Shown here piece after piece: positions 36,805 to 51,826 of a stretch of DNA of 64,000 nucleotides (its first letter is position 1; each line of letters begins with the position of its first letter). The notes under the pieces are model-generated. The model saw only the letters and a list, made by a program, of their open reading frames with translations. It did no database searches and was not told where the DNA came from. A program made the translations under genes and the position numbers. The stretch is from Narcine bancroftii (Eukaryota): the NCBI RefSeq assembly GCF_036971445.1, contig NC_091476.1, positions 141,174,001 through 141,238,000 on the forward strand. The letters run 5' to 3'.

Positions 36805-39800
36805 CTAGAAAAAATGCAAATGCATTTCTATAGCATCTTCAAAACTCAAATGTAATCATTACAGTAAGTACTTTTTATAGGCAAACAGAATTTGCTGCAC
36901 AAACTCAGAAGGTCAAACAGCAGAAAGAAAAAGAATGGTTGGTTGATATTTCAAACTAAAACCTCCAAGCAATTTACAGCATCGAATATTTTAAAAAAAA
37001 AGACTAATTTTGCAGCCTTTTGCTGCTATTCATATTTGGCTTCTTGCTTGTACCAAGGGAATAGCATTTCTTAGAAATTTCATAAGAGGGGAAAGAACTG
37101 GGATGAAGAACAATGATAAAGCAGAAAATACAAGTGCAAGGGTAGGAAACATACAATTTTTACTTGCATTGTACCTTCACTGCAGCAACAAAAAAATTGG
37201 GACATCCCAAGGGCAAAAGATGCTAAATGAGGTGGATTTTCAAGAACACATGAAAAAAAACAATCCAAAGGAGAAAATTCCTGAGATGAGGACTTGACAA
37301 CTTGCAGTAGGATCTTCAGACAGCCAAAGTATTATTCCCAATTACTCAAAATATCAATCAGAATGAGTAGACGGGGAAAATAAGATTGAAAATATCAGGT
37401 ACAAATGGGCACATGGAATTATGATATTTTACCATTGGAGGCCAAAATCAAAGAATTAACTGGAATTTAATTTTGGCCAAATTAAAATAGGAACCTTGGA
37501 GGTGCTCGGGGGGGGGGGTTCCAATCAATTTAGGTCTAGTTAAAGAGCAATGAAGAACACAAATTAGAGTAGCCCTTCAATCCAACAAGGTTGCTCTGCA
37601 AATGATCAAGATCATAGTTAATCTACCTTAGTGCCATTTTCTAGCACGACCACCATATATTTAGTTCACCAAACATTCAGAAATTTATCAAATCTGAAAG
37701 ATTTCAATGAACAAAGAAATAGCCATAGAGCCTGCTCTGCATAATCTCAAATTACCCTATTATTCAAAAATCTATCTTAAATATATTTAATGGGACATTG
37801 GATAGAGAATTCTAGATTCATTACTTTGGAAGCAGTTCTTCCTTGTGTCTCACATCTACTGCCTGCCCCCCCCCCCCACCCCTCCCCCAACCGAATCTCA
37901 AGGCTTTGTCGGAGTTCCAGACTCACTTGCCAGTGGAAACACCTACCTGCTCTTAAATTCAATTCCTTTAGCAATTAAGGTCAACATCCCACTTGCCTTC
38001 ATGAACAAGCCATTACAACTTTCCTCCATATTCACCATCTGCCAAATATTTTTTAAAAATTGGTTTTGTTCAAACCATTTGACACGAAGTTCTGGTTCCA
38101 CATTCATCAGCCACAGGAAGTCCTTCCCACATCGAGCCTATCAATCTCCAAAAAAATCAAGTTTCAATCTCTTCTTATACGCCAACCAATCATCCCTATC
38201 TATCCAGTGAATCTTCATTCCATTTCTTTAATCTGCATTCAAATAGAGCCTATTGTTGATGCAGTTGTATGTTTTAATTGATTTGTGTTCATTCAAGTCC
38301 CATTAATCTCTTACCATTTAAAACCTTTACTTTGCAACAAAGCAGATATCCTCACCTTTCTACACATTTTATCTTTGTTGGTCCCCTCAGTTAAGCCACT
38401 AAAAATTGCAAATAGCTAGGACCCATGCAACAGTTGCTGTGGTACCCTACCCACTAAAGCCTGCCAACCTGGAAAGATTTGATTTATTCCCACTTGGCTT
38501 TTTACAACTAATTTTCAATTCACCATGACCCCAGAAACTACACATTCCAACCATAAGATTTCAAGTAGGAACAGAAGCAGACCATTCTGCCCTTTGTACC
38601 TGCTCTGCTGTTCAACAGGATCATGGTTAATTGCCCACTTTTCTGCCCCTACAATCCTGCAAGATTCTAGTAAATCCACTGAATTGCATCCAATGAATAT
38701 TCTTCCCCAAACAGGGGACAAAAACGATTTGACGTACTCTTCTGAAAATTCAAATTCTTGTTCAATCTTATTTCACAATCAGAATTCCAGCAGATTTAGT
38801 CAAACATTTTCTGTTACAAATCCAACTCTAAATTCTTTTGTCCTTCAAGATATTTTGTTATCACATGCTTCATTAGATTCCAATTCTTCCCCTCTCCCCA
38901 CTTGGTTTATTTTCTCTTCATTATCTTTCCCCGTGATCCGTATGATCACATTTATAACCCACTAATCCTCAGTACACAAATCCATAGAATCCTAGACAAC
39001 TCCTCCATTTGATCACAAGCATGATCAATGCAATCACGCTGGTGATCCACCAATCCTCAAAATATAGATTTGGTGACCCACTAATCCTCAGAGTTTCACA
39101 TTAAAGAATCCTGGATGATAACCAGACCACCCAATATAGTTTTCTCTCCTTAAAACCGTTTAAACAATAGTCTGGGGTTATTGGATGCTTGGTAATTTAT
39201 TGGCTCTCAAGCTGATCAACTTTAGCTTGTCAAGTTCTAATTTCCTTCAGTTTCTCATTGTTACTCAAGGCTTGCTTCTCTTAACATTTCCATAGGACCA
39301 TAGAAGATAATCATAGAAACAGCACCCCCCCCCAACTCTGTGAACCATTTTTTTTACCCATTGACCTGCACCCAGTCTATAGCCCTCCATACCTCTCCTA
39401 TCCATGTCCCTGTCCAGATTTTTTTTTTTTTTTAAATGTCAAAATTGAACCCGCATTCACCACTTTAACTGGCAGCTCATTCCACTCCCATCACTCTTTG
39501 CATGAAGTTCCCCTTAAACTTTTCCCCTTTTCATCCTTAACCCACGTCCTCTGGTTTGTATCTCACCTTCTCTCAGTGGAAAAAGCCTATCTACCTTTAC
39601 TGTGTCTATCTCCCCAAATTTTAAATACCAGGCATCTTCTCTTGTGAAGACCAAAAGTAAGTTTCACTGCAATTTCCTTATTGAACATTATAAAGAGAAT
39701 TGATGAGGGAATCACATTTTCTTTCACTGGTCTGTTACATTTTATGTTCAAACAGAAGCTCTTTTAGTCCATTTGTAAGTTACTCACCAGTATTCTTACA

Positions 39801-40275
39801 TTCCAATTAGCCCCATCACCAATTTCATAATGCAACCAATCCTTATGCTGCTACTTCAAAACTTCCTTCGGCAATGCCATAATTTTTTGAGCACTGCCGA
39901 TTTACCACCAAGCCTTTGAATGCATTTTCCCAATAATTCTCTTAACATGAAGGGGATTAGTTTCCTACAATTATTCCACAATCAAACATTAAATCAATCT
40001 CCCCTAAAGTCCATGTACAATATTAACAACTTTTTTACTGCAAGAACTTAAAATATCCATAATCCCTAGATGGCTAACTAGTATATTAATCTAGAAACAT
40101 CTGATATTTCACAAATTCAGCCTCCATCAAATTCTAACAAGGCGGAGATCAAATTGAGGAATTGTTCAGAATAATTAAAGCATCAATGATTACTGCTCGT
40201 TGCTAAATAAGTAATAGTGCTAGTTATTAAACTTCAACAAACATGCAACAGTGAACGCAGCCCACTTGATCATAC

Positions 40276-40335
40276 CTGTCATTGAAGGAGTTACTACGGC
40301 TGCGTCTACGCTTTCCGCTTGACCTGCTCCGGGAA
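40276..40335 (-). CDS. SRSF10: SRSF10 coding exon 5
   Basis: gtgtgtag|T SRSRSSGKRRRSRSNSFND AG|gtatga; phases consistent. Confidence 0.9.
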
Positions 40336-40417
40336 CTACACACAAGAAAGGAAGAATTAAACAGCTGAAAAACATTAGATTCAAGCTAAACCAAGTACAA
40401 TGTGTGTTACAACATAC

Positions 40418-40589
40418 TTTTTAGGGCTGTCAGACCTCCTGTGACTGCGATCATAAGAACGACTTCGTGATCTCCTCCTGTCATAACTTCGACTTCGAGA
40501 CCTCCTCCTTCGATCATAGTCATCATAACGGTCATATCGAGGTGAACTCCGCGAGGATCTTCGTTCCTTAGATTTCATCTGACCAGGCG
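40418..40589 (-). CDS. SRSF10: SRSF10 coding exon 4
   Basis: ttacag|CG PGQMKSKERRSSRSSPRYDRYDDYDRRRRSRSRSY...SDSPK AA|gtatgt. Confidence 0.93.
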
Positions 40590-40767
40590 CTGTAATTATA
40601 AAGCCAAAACTTTCAGAATTGCAAAGCAAGAAATAAAGAATCAAAATGACATTTTAAAAATAATGAGCAAGTATTAAAACCAAGAGATGAAAAGCATCTT
40701 ACTGTTCTGCAACTATGCTGGAGAGGGATTTAGATAAAAATCTTTTGTAACTCAGAAAAGTGTAATA

Positions 40768-41295
40768 CAGTACGTTTCCGATTATCCAAAATGCTCGGGA
40801 CCAGATGTGTATCAGTTAACTGCATTTTCTGGATATCTGATTTGCAGCCCTGTTTATTCAGCAGAATACTTATAATCAGCCTTAGCCGATCTTAACACTT
40901 CCCTACCACTGTCACAGAACCTGCTCAGGCGCCAGAGGTTCCCGCTTGGATCCCCAACACCTCCTCACCGCTGTCGCGGAACCTGCCCAGGAGCCCCAAG
41001 TCCGTGCTCTGATCCCAGCCCAATAGCATCAGCAGAATACTTGTACGGTATCAGCAATTAAAATAAAGAACTAGGGAAACTTTTCAAGCATGAAATAGTT
41101 TAATTCTTACCTTGAGTACGCGAGAGCTCCGTTGGATTCAAAATGGCGCTAACAGCACATCAAGAGTCCCACTTGAGCATTGCAGGTAAAAAAAATGTAA
41201 ACTTTTTTCAACTGGAGGTCATGTCGCCGCCAAAAATTTTAGGGGATAACTTGTAATTTCGGTAAAGTGGCTTTTGGATAATCAGAAACATACTG
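40768..41295. mobile_element. Tigger/Tc1-mariner MITE
   Basis: TIRs cagtacgtttccgattatccaaaa / ttttggataatcagaaacatactg with a TA duplication on both sides. Confidence 0.8.
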
Positions 41296-41384
41296 TATTG
41301 AAATTCAACAATAGATTACATTTGCCCAGTTTCAAACAATATAGCCCTCAACTGAAGCACTATGACCACCTTGGTTTCTTAACT

Positions 41385-41817
<433 letters not shown>

Positions 41818-42808
41818 TTAAGGGGTCTTTTCACTTTCACAGGTTTCGAACAAATCCTACAATCTTCAATACACATTTTCAGCCACAACATTGTTTTACC
41901 AAAAATCTAGAAAGCTAGTTCTTCAATAAAATTGCACAAGATGCCGAAACTCCGTGATCTGGTCTATTCCTTAAAATACATTTACTAATTTTACAAAAAG
42001 TCAAAATTTCTACATCAATTTATATCAAAATTATAAAATTAAAACTAGTCTACAATATATCCCAAAGTAATTGTTAGATTCTAGTTATCCAATCACCACT
42101 GTCACCTTCATTAATCAGATTTAGCAAAATGCTTCAAAAAAATTAGAACAAATATAAATCAAAATATCGTACTGCTGGTCAAAGCATCTAGTAAAAGTCA
42201 CCTGAGATGGAGACACCAATCATGTGCCACAAGAGTGGTCACAGTTAAAAGGACAAAAAACCTGCTTAGAAGGCAAATGCCTCCCAAAATATATAGGTGC
42301 TCACAGCTTGCAAGCATCCACCAATGAATGTCAACCCCTGCTTTAAATTTACATGGTTAAGACACTTCATGGCACCTGCAATATTTTTGCAGCACCTATC
42401 TGATTTAGGAGTGGAGGTTAAACAAAAAAACATTACTCCAGGTTGGAGAAATAAAATTGTACCATTTTAAGGAGAGCATTAACTGAGGATTTTTCTTGGG
42501 AAGTAACAAATGAAGGGAAAATGAACTCAATCTTAAGAGCATTCTGACCCATCATTTTCTGTTGTCAATGTAGCCAGAAATTAAAAGGCTGTGAACATCT
42601 CAAACAAAAATAATTCTCAAAAAGAATTTTTTTTTTTTTTTTAGCAGCACTGAGATGAGACCAAGATTACGAGTTAAACGGTCTTAATACAAATCTGCAT
42701 TACACATGGATCATTTAAGGTAGTAAAAAAAAAATCACATTCAAAACATTTAAAGAGAATGAACTGTTTCACTACAGTAGGATACAATATCAGGACTTGG
42801 CTGGTTAC

Positions 42809-43135
42809 CTTAAATTTGGCTGTCAACTTGACCTTGCACCGTCAGCTTGACCTTTAACTCTTTAAGTGCTTGCCAGAAGGACTTGACATGAGGCGCTGGC
42901 CCAAATAAGACACTTGACTTTGACAAAACAACCTTTTTCCAATTGCGGACAAATCGAAGCCTTGACTTTTTCCCTCTTCAAGCTTTAATCTTTTTTCACC
43001 CTCCCTCTCTTTTCTTCAAGCCTGATCCTTAAGAGGTCTTTGGCTTGTCTGCTTGTCTTATGCTTGGATTCTATCTAAAAGGCTCTTTCATACTCTTTGT
43101 GGGATCGCCAGTTACAGCGGATTGCTTTAAATTTT
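42809..43135 (-). other. SRSF10: Putative SRSF10 unproductive/regulatory alternative exon inside the U12 intron
   Basis: U2 acceptor ctgac...ttttttgttgttgttgcctcag|, donor-like AAG|gtaacc, stops in all three frames within ~65 nt, GA-rich core. Confidence 0.7.
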
Positions 43136-45699
43136 CTGAGGCAACAACAACAAAAAAATTATGTCAGGGGATGGGTATAAAGAGACAAACATGCAGGGTT
43201 TGAAATCACTTTTTTTTTGACTACCTCCAAAACTAGCCGTAAAAGACACCAGCAAGTACATTTTACAAACAGCGTAAAGCTAGCCGTCATATTTTCCATT
43301 ATCGGAACTTCTGGTTAGGCACGCATTTACAGTAGAATACAAATAGCAAATATTGTTAGAAATGCAACACTGGAGTGTAATACATTAAGCCAGAACCAGC
43401 AGTCCCCTACAACAACTATCTCAACAATAGAACACAAGCCACAAACAATATGATAGCTGTACATTTTTATATCATCCCTCCTAGAAATTTTCGCAAGCTT
43501 CCTCGTCTCGTTATCACAGGATTTAGAGTAAACTAACATTTATGATTATTTCAATACCCAAGTTATTGACCATTTAAATATACATACCTTCAATTAGCTG
43601 TACTTTGATGGCCAATCTAATAATACTTACCACAAACCACATTTGGTAACAGGGAATGAAATAAAAGTTACCTCTTACTGCAAGATTAAACCTTCTATAG
43701 ACATACTCAGTTAAGATTCTTGGTTTTAGTTTTAGTCCATATAATTTAACTAAAAATGAAAATTTATTCAAGGTCAGATGTCCCAATGAAATACCCTGCA
43801 ATCTTGTTTGGCATGAGGCCAAATTTGTAGGAGGAATTTCATAATTTGCCTAAATGTTCTGAATTTAAACAGTTTATGGGATTGATGAACTTAACGGGAT
43901 AAAAAGGATGAGTGATATGAACTTCTAAGTTGTCAAAAATGTTTAACTTTAATGTTTATCAAGTATAATCCTGAATACTTTAACAGGTTTGACAATTCCC
44001 AAAACAGAGCATGGCATAAATCAGTTAGATCATTTCAAGGAAATTATACATATAAAAAAACTCCCTAAGTGAAATCTGCCACTCCAGTTTTGATGCTTAA
44101 AAATTTACATTAAATTAACTAAAGAGGGATATTAAAAAATCTCTGCATTAAACCTATTAGTATCATCATTATTGGAAGTAGTTGCACTTGCAGCCAAATC
44201 TACAGCACACATCAGCTGACTAGAAAAATGGCAACATGGAAAAGTTTTGAGAACAAGAATTCCCAAAGCCAATCTTGCTTAGATTTCAATTTTTCTTAAT
44301 TTGATTAGTATATCCCATAATACACTTCTAAATGTACATGTAAATGTGTCAAACGGTAAGTCATGCCCGTTAATCCATAGAACTTGCCAGAGCCAAGTTT
44401 CTTTTAATAAAAAATTATCAAAAATTTCAGTGATGTACATTAGTAGAAATTTTAATCTGTTTAAGCCTAATCAGTTTCAAATTTTATTATAATCATTAAT
44501 ACAGAGTAATTTTACACATGCATACAACTCAGAACAAATGCAATTTATGATATACGCAGATAACTCAAGTAGAACAATAAATGTCAAAGCTTCCATAAGC
44601 AGTGAAACTGAAGTCTTAAGCAGTTTTAAAGCACCTGACTCATTTTACACCAGTAGCTACATTCTAGTGAAATCTGGTACTGCACACCTGACCACTTAGG
44701 TTTTCTTACAAGACTGAGGAACTAACAAGCCATTGATCTACAAACACTTGAAATTTCTCAATGTAAATTTTTATTACCTATGACTTTCCATTCTTAAAAG
44801 GAAAATAATGCTTTAAATGGAATATAGAGTAAGCCATAACACTTCAAGCTTTGGGAATACAAAATTTGCAATGCTTGTAGCCAGGAAGTTTCCCTTAATT
44901 CTACATTGGTATATAAAATGAGGCAGGACCCTCAAATGCATTTTGCTTACAAAAACCAGGACATGTCCATACTATTCAATTAAGGCTTAATCAGCCTGTT
45001 ATGAATCATCCAAAAAGTAATCAACAAGTTTTCAACAGCTAAACAGTTACAGTAATTACCAAGTAATACTCTTTTTAGATTCCAGAGACAAGTTTAACAT
45101 CAACCTCACTAACACGAGCAATTATAGCAACAAAATAGGTAACCGTGAATTAGATCAAGTGTCATATTGAGCACATTGATAATTATGAAATAGGAGGTTT
45201 AGAGGGAATTTGAGGGGAATTGTTTTTCTATGCAGCCAGTGATCAGAATCTGTCACGTGCTGCCTGAGGTGCAAGCAGATATTCTCATGTTTAAGAAATA
45301 ATTAAACAAGCATTTAAATTGCCACGGCAGAGAAGTCAACTACCGAAAAGAATATGTATAGAGAGTGCAACAATTGACAAAGACTTGTTGAACCAAAGGC
45401 TATTCCTGTGCTGCAAGCAAATCATTTTGATCTTGGAGCATCACTGCAAGAACTTTCTTCAGATTCTGCCCTAAACCAGACTTTCTGAAGCCAATATGGT
45501 CACATCTTCCCTCTATTACAAATTCAGATATAGTGCACTCATTAACGCCAGCGCTCAGCTGTGCCGCAAATGTCTGGAGAACAACCAGTCTGAGCTTAGC
45601 ATTATTCACACGACAAATTCCATGACAGAACTTGATTAATGCTATTGGGATCAGAACTCCAATGGATCAGTTACACAGACTGTAGTTGCCCAAGTCAAA

Positions 45700-46285
45700 T
45701 ACTGGTGTCACAAATAGATAGGATCGGTCATCAAGAGAGCTTTTGGCACATTCACCATCATAAATTAAATTAAAGTACAAGAGATGGGAAGTTATGGTGA
45801 AACCACATTTGGACTATTATGTATAGTTATGGTCACCTAACAGGAAAGATAGCAATGCAACAGAGTGCAGAGATTTCCAAAAAAATGTGCTGGCACTTAA
45901 GCAAGTTACAGGTTAAATAATTTAGGACTTTATTCCCTTGAGCATTGTAGTTTGATAGAGATAAACAAAATTATACAAAAGAATAAATATAAGCATTCTT
46001 TCAACTGAAGTAAGGAGAGAAAAGAACTAGAGGACATGGGTTAAGAGTGAAAGGTGAAACATTTAAAGGGAACATCACCCAGAGTGGTGAGCGTGTGGAA
46101 CAAGCAGCCAGCTGAAGTGGAGAATGCAGGCTTAATTTTGACATTTAATAAAAAAATTGGACAGGTACTTGAATGGGAGGTATGGAGGTCTTGGGTGCAG
46201 GTCATAGAGATTAAGTGACAATAGTTATACAAACTAGACAGGGTAAAAGGGCCCATTTCTGTGCTGAAGTGTTTTGGATTCTTTA
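45700..46285 (+). mobile_element. Degenerate CR1 3' fragment
   Basis: Similar to the copies at 670-1182 and 23043-23275. Confidence 0.65.
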
Positions 46286-47517
46286 AAAAGCAGCTCACCT
46301 CAAATCCTTCCAATCACCAGATGCAATTGCATTATAAAGCTCAACACCATGAAGAGCAAAGCAGTCTGCACGAATGCAACTGAGTTTAGTTTAAGCATCG
46401 ATCTTCTCAGCTCCCATTGCCGTGTCTTGTGCCTACCACCATAATTGCAGTTACTCTGCCGCCACTCTGCCAATCCACTTTTAACATTTTAAAGGACGTG
46501 GGCAGGCAGTACAAGGAAACACATCAAGATCATTTCTGCAGTAAATTAATGCAGTAGCAAAGCTAGATTATATTCAAAAATTCACACTAGGCTTGAAGTT
46601 GAATGCTCAAAATTCAACATCCCATTCAATATTCTAAAAATGTTATATTCTTGTATCCAGGACAAAGCTATGTGCATATACACCCACATACACCACCCCC
46701 GCCCCCCCCATACCTCCTAGGGGCTGAAGATTGATTCCCATTGGCACATTTGCTAGCTGTCACTAAGAACAGATCCCCTCTCATCAATTAATAAAATGCC
46801 ACCAAGTTCAGTAATCAGTTGAGCTTCCTAGTACTGCCTTCATTCTTTGCTGGTTTCCACTTTAAATACTTGCAGAACTAAATCCACACTCTTGCTCTGG
46901 CACCAGAGAAGTTTATTAACAAAGCAAGAGTTGCAAGTACATTTAAATGTCTAAAGTAGCCAGACTCCCAAAATCTAAAACTAAAATAAGTACATTTGTT
47001 AAGATGGGTCTGTTCAAATGTTGACTTTAAGGGATTGTCAAGATATTTGGGCAGAGTTTGCCAGTTGCATTTTTTTTGTCATAACTGTTACATTGGGCTT
47101 AATGGCATTATTTCTAATCAAGTGTAAGTATTAGCTACCTCAGAATGCTCTTATGCTACTTTTTTGGTAAAAATGAAATATAGCACTGCAACTCATTTCA
47201 TGCAGGATATTTCAAACATGCATTTTAGCAATAGGCTAGATATGGCATTTAAACAAAATAGAGCAGGTGAAATTTAAATACCAAAGTTCAGGCCATTCAT
47301 TTAACTTGCATTCAAAGCAATTTAGATTTGACAAGCAGCCAAATGTCAACTTTTACAAAATGGTACAAAACCAAAGTCAAAGTTTAGGATAAAAAGCTAT
47401 GCAAGAAGATTATACCCCCTCCCCAACACACTAAAATAAAGCACTCTTCTATTCTCATGATAATGCAACACCTGGCAACCTTTACCAAATCACTGAAAGG
47501 TTAAAGATATTCTAAAG

Positions 47518-47703
47518 CAGTCATTCTCAACGGGGGCCATTTTAAGGGGGACAGACAGACAGAAATCATTTTTTTTAAAATGTGGTCAGTAGTAGAAAAG
47601 TATGAAAAACACCAACCAGACTACTTCAAAGGCAAGTGAGCCCATAAACTTTGAGCAAAGTCCTAAAGGGGGCCATAGCCAAAAAAAAGGTTGATAATGG
47701 CTG
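47518..47703. mobile_element. hAT-type MITE
   Basis: cagtcattctcaac / gttgataatggctg TIRs; ttctaaag-like flanks. Confidence 0.6.
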
Positions 47704-48769
47704 TTCCTAAAGATGAACTATATAATCATTTTCACTAACATTGGAATATTGAGCTACTGCACACATTTACCTCATTAGTAACTTTCAAACTTGTCTCTGG
47801 AATAAAAAAAACCCGCAAAGAAGCAGCATTTAACATCTCACTTCCAAGGAACCTATCAAAGTCTATCTTACTAGAGCACAAATCTGCACAGATGCAGAAT
47901 TAACAGGCCTTTCTTGCTGATGCTGCCCAATTACACCCATGTGACAAATTAACCTACCAACCCTGTGCAGCTTTGGAATGTCTGAGCATTAACCCAAAAT
48001 GTTGCTTTATTTCTCACTATTTTATTATTGACTGAGCCCGCATTTAATCGCAAGGTGGTGTTATCAAAATTTCAGGTAAAACAAAGCCACGTTAGTCAGC
48101 AGAACAATCAAAATTCAATTTCAATCTAAATTCTTCTTTAGAAGACTACTGTCTCATTCAAGACAACTGTACAGTTCCATCACTTCATATCCATGTTTAT
48201 TACTGTGCTGTTCTGCAAAAGAAAATGCTGATAAACTATCTGATTGACTCCCTTTAACCTCACTGGGGCCCGAGCCAAAGTTCCCTCAAAGCTCTCTGGG
48301 TTCACTGGAAAATGCATTACTGTAGAATAGTGTAATAGCTAAAAAGTGTTTAGGGTACAGTATTAGCAGGAATAATATCCAATAGTCCAGAAAAATTTGC
48401 CAGTTCAGAGATCTGAGGTTGCCAAATTAATCAGTTTTATTGAAATACCAAATTTCAATCTGAAGTTAAAATTTAAAATACCCTTTTGACAGGCATGTTA
48501 ATGATCCAACAATTTAAACATACTGATAAACCCACTTTTGGTGTGAATTAACTAAAGCTCCACTAAGTAAGCTGGGTGGTTCCTGTGAATTATAGGATTC
48601 AAATTTAACAAGATGCCCAACTTTCATATTGGAATTAGCATCCCTAAACAGTCATATCGATTCATATAACAACTTGAGGTATTTTATGAGCTATTACTGT
48701 GCACAATGAACAGGAAATGAGGAGAGATGGGCTTACACATTTGTAAACAAGACCAATTTAAAACTATTA

Positions 48770-49002
48770 ACTTGCATTCTTAGAAGAGATGTAGAAGAAT
48801 TTCTTCAACCAGAGGGCAGTGAATCCGTGGAATTTGTTGTCACAGTTGTGCAGGCCAGGCCATTGGGTGTATTTAAGGCAGAGACTGATAGGTTCTTGAT
48901 TAGTCAGGGGAAAGGATATGGGTAGAAGGGGCTGAAATGGATCGGAACATGATGTCTTATGGTCTACATGCAAGGAACATTTGGAGTATCTGCTCCTATG
49001 AT
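48770..49002 (+). mobile_element. CR1 3' end
   Basis: Same family as 9865-10145 (aaccagagggcagtgaatccgtggaatttgttg...tctgctcctatg). Confidence 0.65.
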
Positions 49003-49346
49003 CCCAAATTAGTGCTTCTCTGAAAATTGTATTCTGAAGGACTAGAGTTAGCAAAAATATTTTGTTTAAATCTCTAAAATTTAAAAATTAAAACTTTAAA
49101 ATTGCCATGATGTATTTCCACTCACTCACAATAGTGCATACAGCACTAACCACTACACCAGATAATGGACAAAATCAAAATATGAATATGCTTTCCATAA
49201 GCAGTGGAACCTCATTGCACACACAGCCCAACATTGTATCTTATAAAGCTCCACCAAGGTTCCAAAGAAAACGTTTTACTGAACTAAAATCAATAAGACA
49301 TTAAAATGCATCAAAATGAAAAGACTCAGTATCTCTGCTTCACTCA

Positions 49347-49553
<207 letters not shown>

Positions 49554-51826
49554 TTAAATCATCTGAAAGGAGATTCCATTACTCTCAAAATTTAGAACAT
49601 TAAACCAACATGTCAATTGTTGACAGATGAGAACAGAACCAGTCAATATGATAGTATACAAACAAGTGAATGGCTCAACAAAAGCCATTTTAGATTGTTT
49701 AGTGATGGTTTAACAAGACACATTATCTGTTCCAATAGATTTATTGACCCCCAACATTTTAAGTTCTAAACGCTATCTGATTTTCTTTGCTAGCTACCCA
49801 ATCCTTGCTCAAGCTCCTGAAATTTCACACGTCCACAACATAATATTCTGTATCATTAATGTTTGCACCAGCATTAATTTTTTTAGCTACTAATCTTAAT
49901 TAGGTATCAGATCAGAAACCAATATTAGCTGTGCATGTATGTACTTTGATATCTCATTATACCATAAATGGAACAAAGGAATGGACAGAACACTTCATCT
50001 ACATCCAGCAACTGGGTTCTATTTATCTGCATTGATGCTCCCCGTGGGACATATTTGGCCATTTTAAAAATAATTAATCTAACAATATTCTTTTAAATTT
50101 CCACTGTAAAATCCTCCAACTTTCATTATTTCCAAATTTCCAGTGATTTGAGACAAGACTTGACCGTAGATTTAAAATATTAACTTTCACTTTCTATGTG
50201 ACGACTGACTTCTTGGGTGTTTTTGTACCGTACTTCACATTTCCAGCAGTTTTGATTTTCTTGAACACAACTTTTTATTTATGCTTAGTAAGGAAGGAGA
50301 CCCAAAAACTAGATATTTTAAAACTTTATCAAGATACCAAGTATCAGTTGATAATCTGCAAGCACAATCCAGACCAGGATTCCACTCCAGTCATCATATG
50401 TTGCCTTCCTACCAAAGATAACATTCATAACGTTGTCAACTCTGTTGGTTCAACTATGATACATTCTATTCCTATTAGTTCATTCCATCCTGAATAACCA
50501 CCAAGGATAGATATCACCCACATCAAGTTATTAAATTTTACTTAATTAAAAACTATCCACAAATTATGAATATTTTCTTCACTGAAGCCTTAGAAACAAA
50601 GGATCAATAAACAGCCATGTTATTAAGAATAGCAGTATATGGGAAACAGCCATGGAATTTTAATATCTACAGCCACTGGCCATTTTCACTTGATAGTGTT
50701 AAATTGCATATAGCAATTTGATACAAAAAACCTTGGGTTTTTTTTAAAAAAATTACGAGTAATAAAACCACATTTTCCTCCGTTTGTTAGCTTTTACAAT
50801 ATATTCAGTACTATATGGAACTGATACATCCAAAACAAACTTATTTAATAAATATTCATGTTATTCTGTTGAGATCAAAGAATCAAGAGAACTTTAGATT
50901 GTATACAAAACTTTAGACTTAATATGATACACATCTGCTATGAGAATTCACCAGTGAAATCATAGAATTTGTTAAATGTTAGCTTTTCCAAAATACAAAT
51001 TTCTATTTGAACAGTAGATCCAAATTCAAATAAGCATAAAATCATTAAAATGTTGATTTAAATCAAATGTATATCTTCTGCACTCCTGTTTCCAATATCG
51101 CTTCATGATCTAAATTTGCATCAAAAAAGATTTTAAAGAATGCAATTTTTCAAGATGTACAAAAGCCCTCACCATTTTATGTTTTAAAACCAATTTTTAA
51201 AAAAATCCATTTAGCCTTGCTAAACTTTTAAAGGGTTATCTCAACATGAAAACTATTAATCGCCAGATTCAACTCAAACGTGACTCGAAAGGCATATACT
51301 GGAACCGATCTAAACCGCAATGCAGATTGGATTCTCATTTCCAAAAAAACTTAATGAACTAAGCTTAAGAAAGCTTCACATCGCTCACAAGGAGAGAGAT
51401 TACAAAGCATCAGCCCCCAGTCCCAGGAACGGGCCCGCCACCTTTCTCACCCCCCTCCCCCGTCGAGTTCGCCACCCCCACCCCCGTCAGACCTCTTCCC
51501 GTGTGTCGGGCCCACCACCGCCTTCCCCTCCCCCCCCCTCGGGGTCGGGCCCGCTGCCTTCCCCTACCCCCTCCCCTCGGGTCGGACCCGCCACTACCTA
51601 CCCCCCCCTCCCCCGTGCCACTCCCAGGACGGGCCTACCAGCCCCATTCTGAGGCCCCTGGGCCGCCGGCAACACATGTGGAGAAATCGGGCGGGAGAGA
51701 GCGCTGGGCCCGCGTCCTTGCTGCGTGCGCTAGGCCTCCTGGCCCAGGGATGTGAGAAACACGGAGCCCGGCCGTCGCACGGCCTCCCTGACCCGGAGCC
51801 GCCGCACCCTCCCTGTTGCCCCTCAC

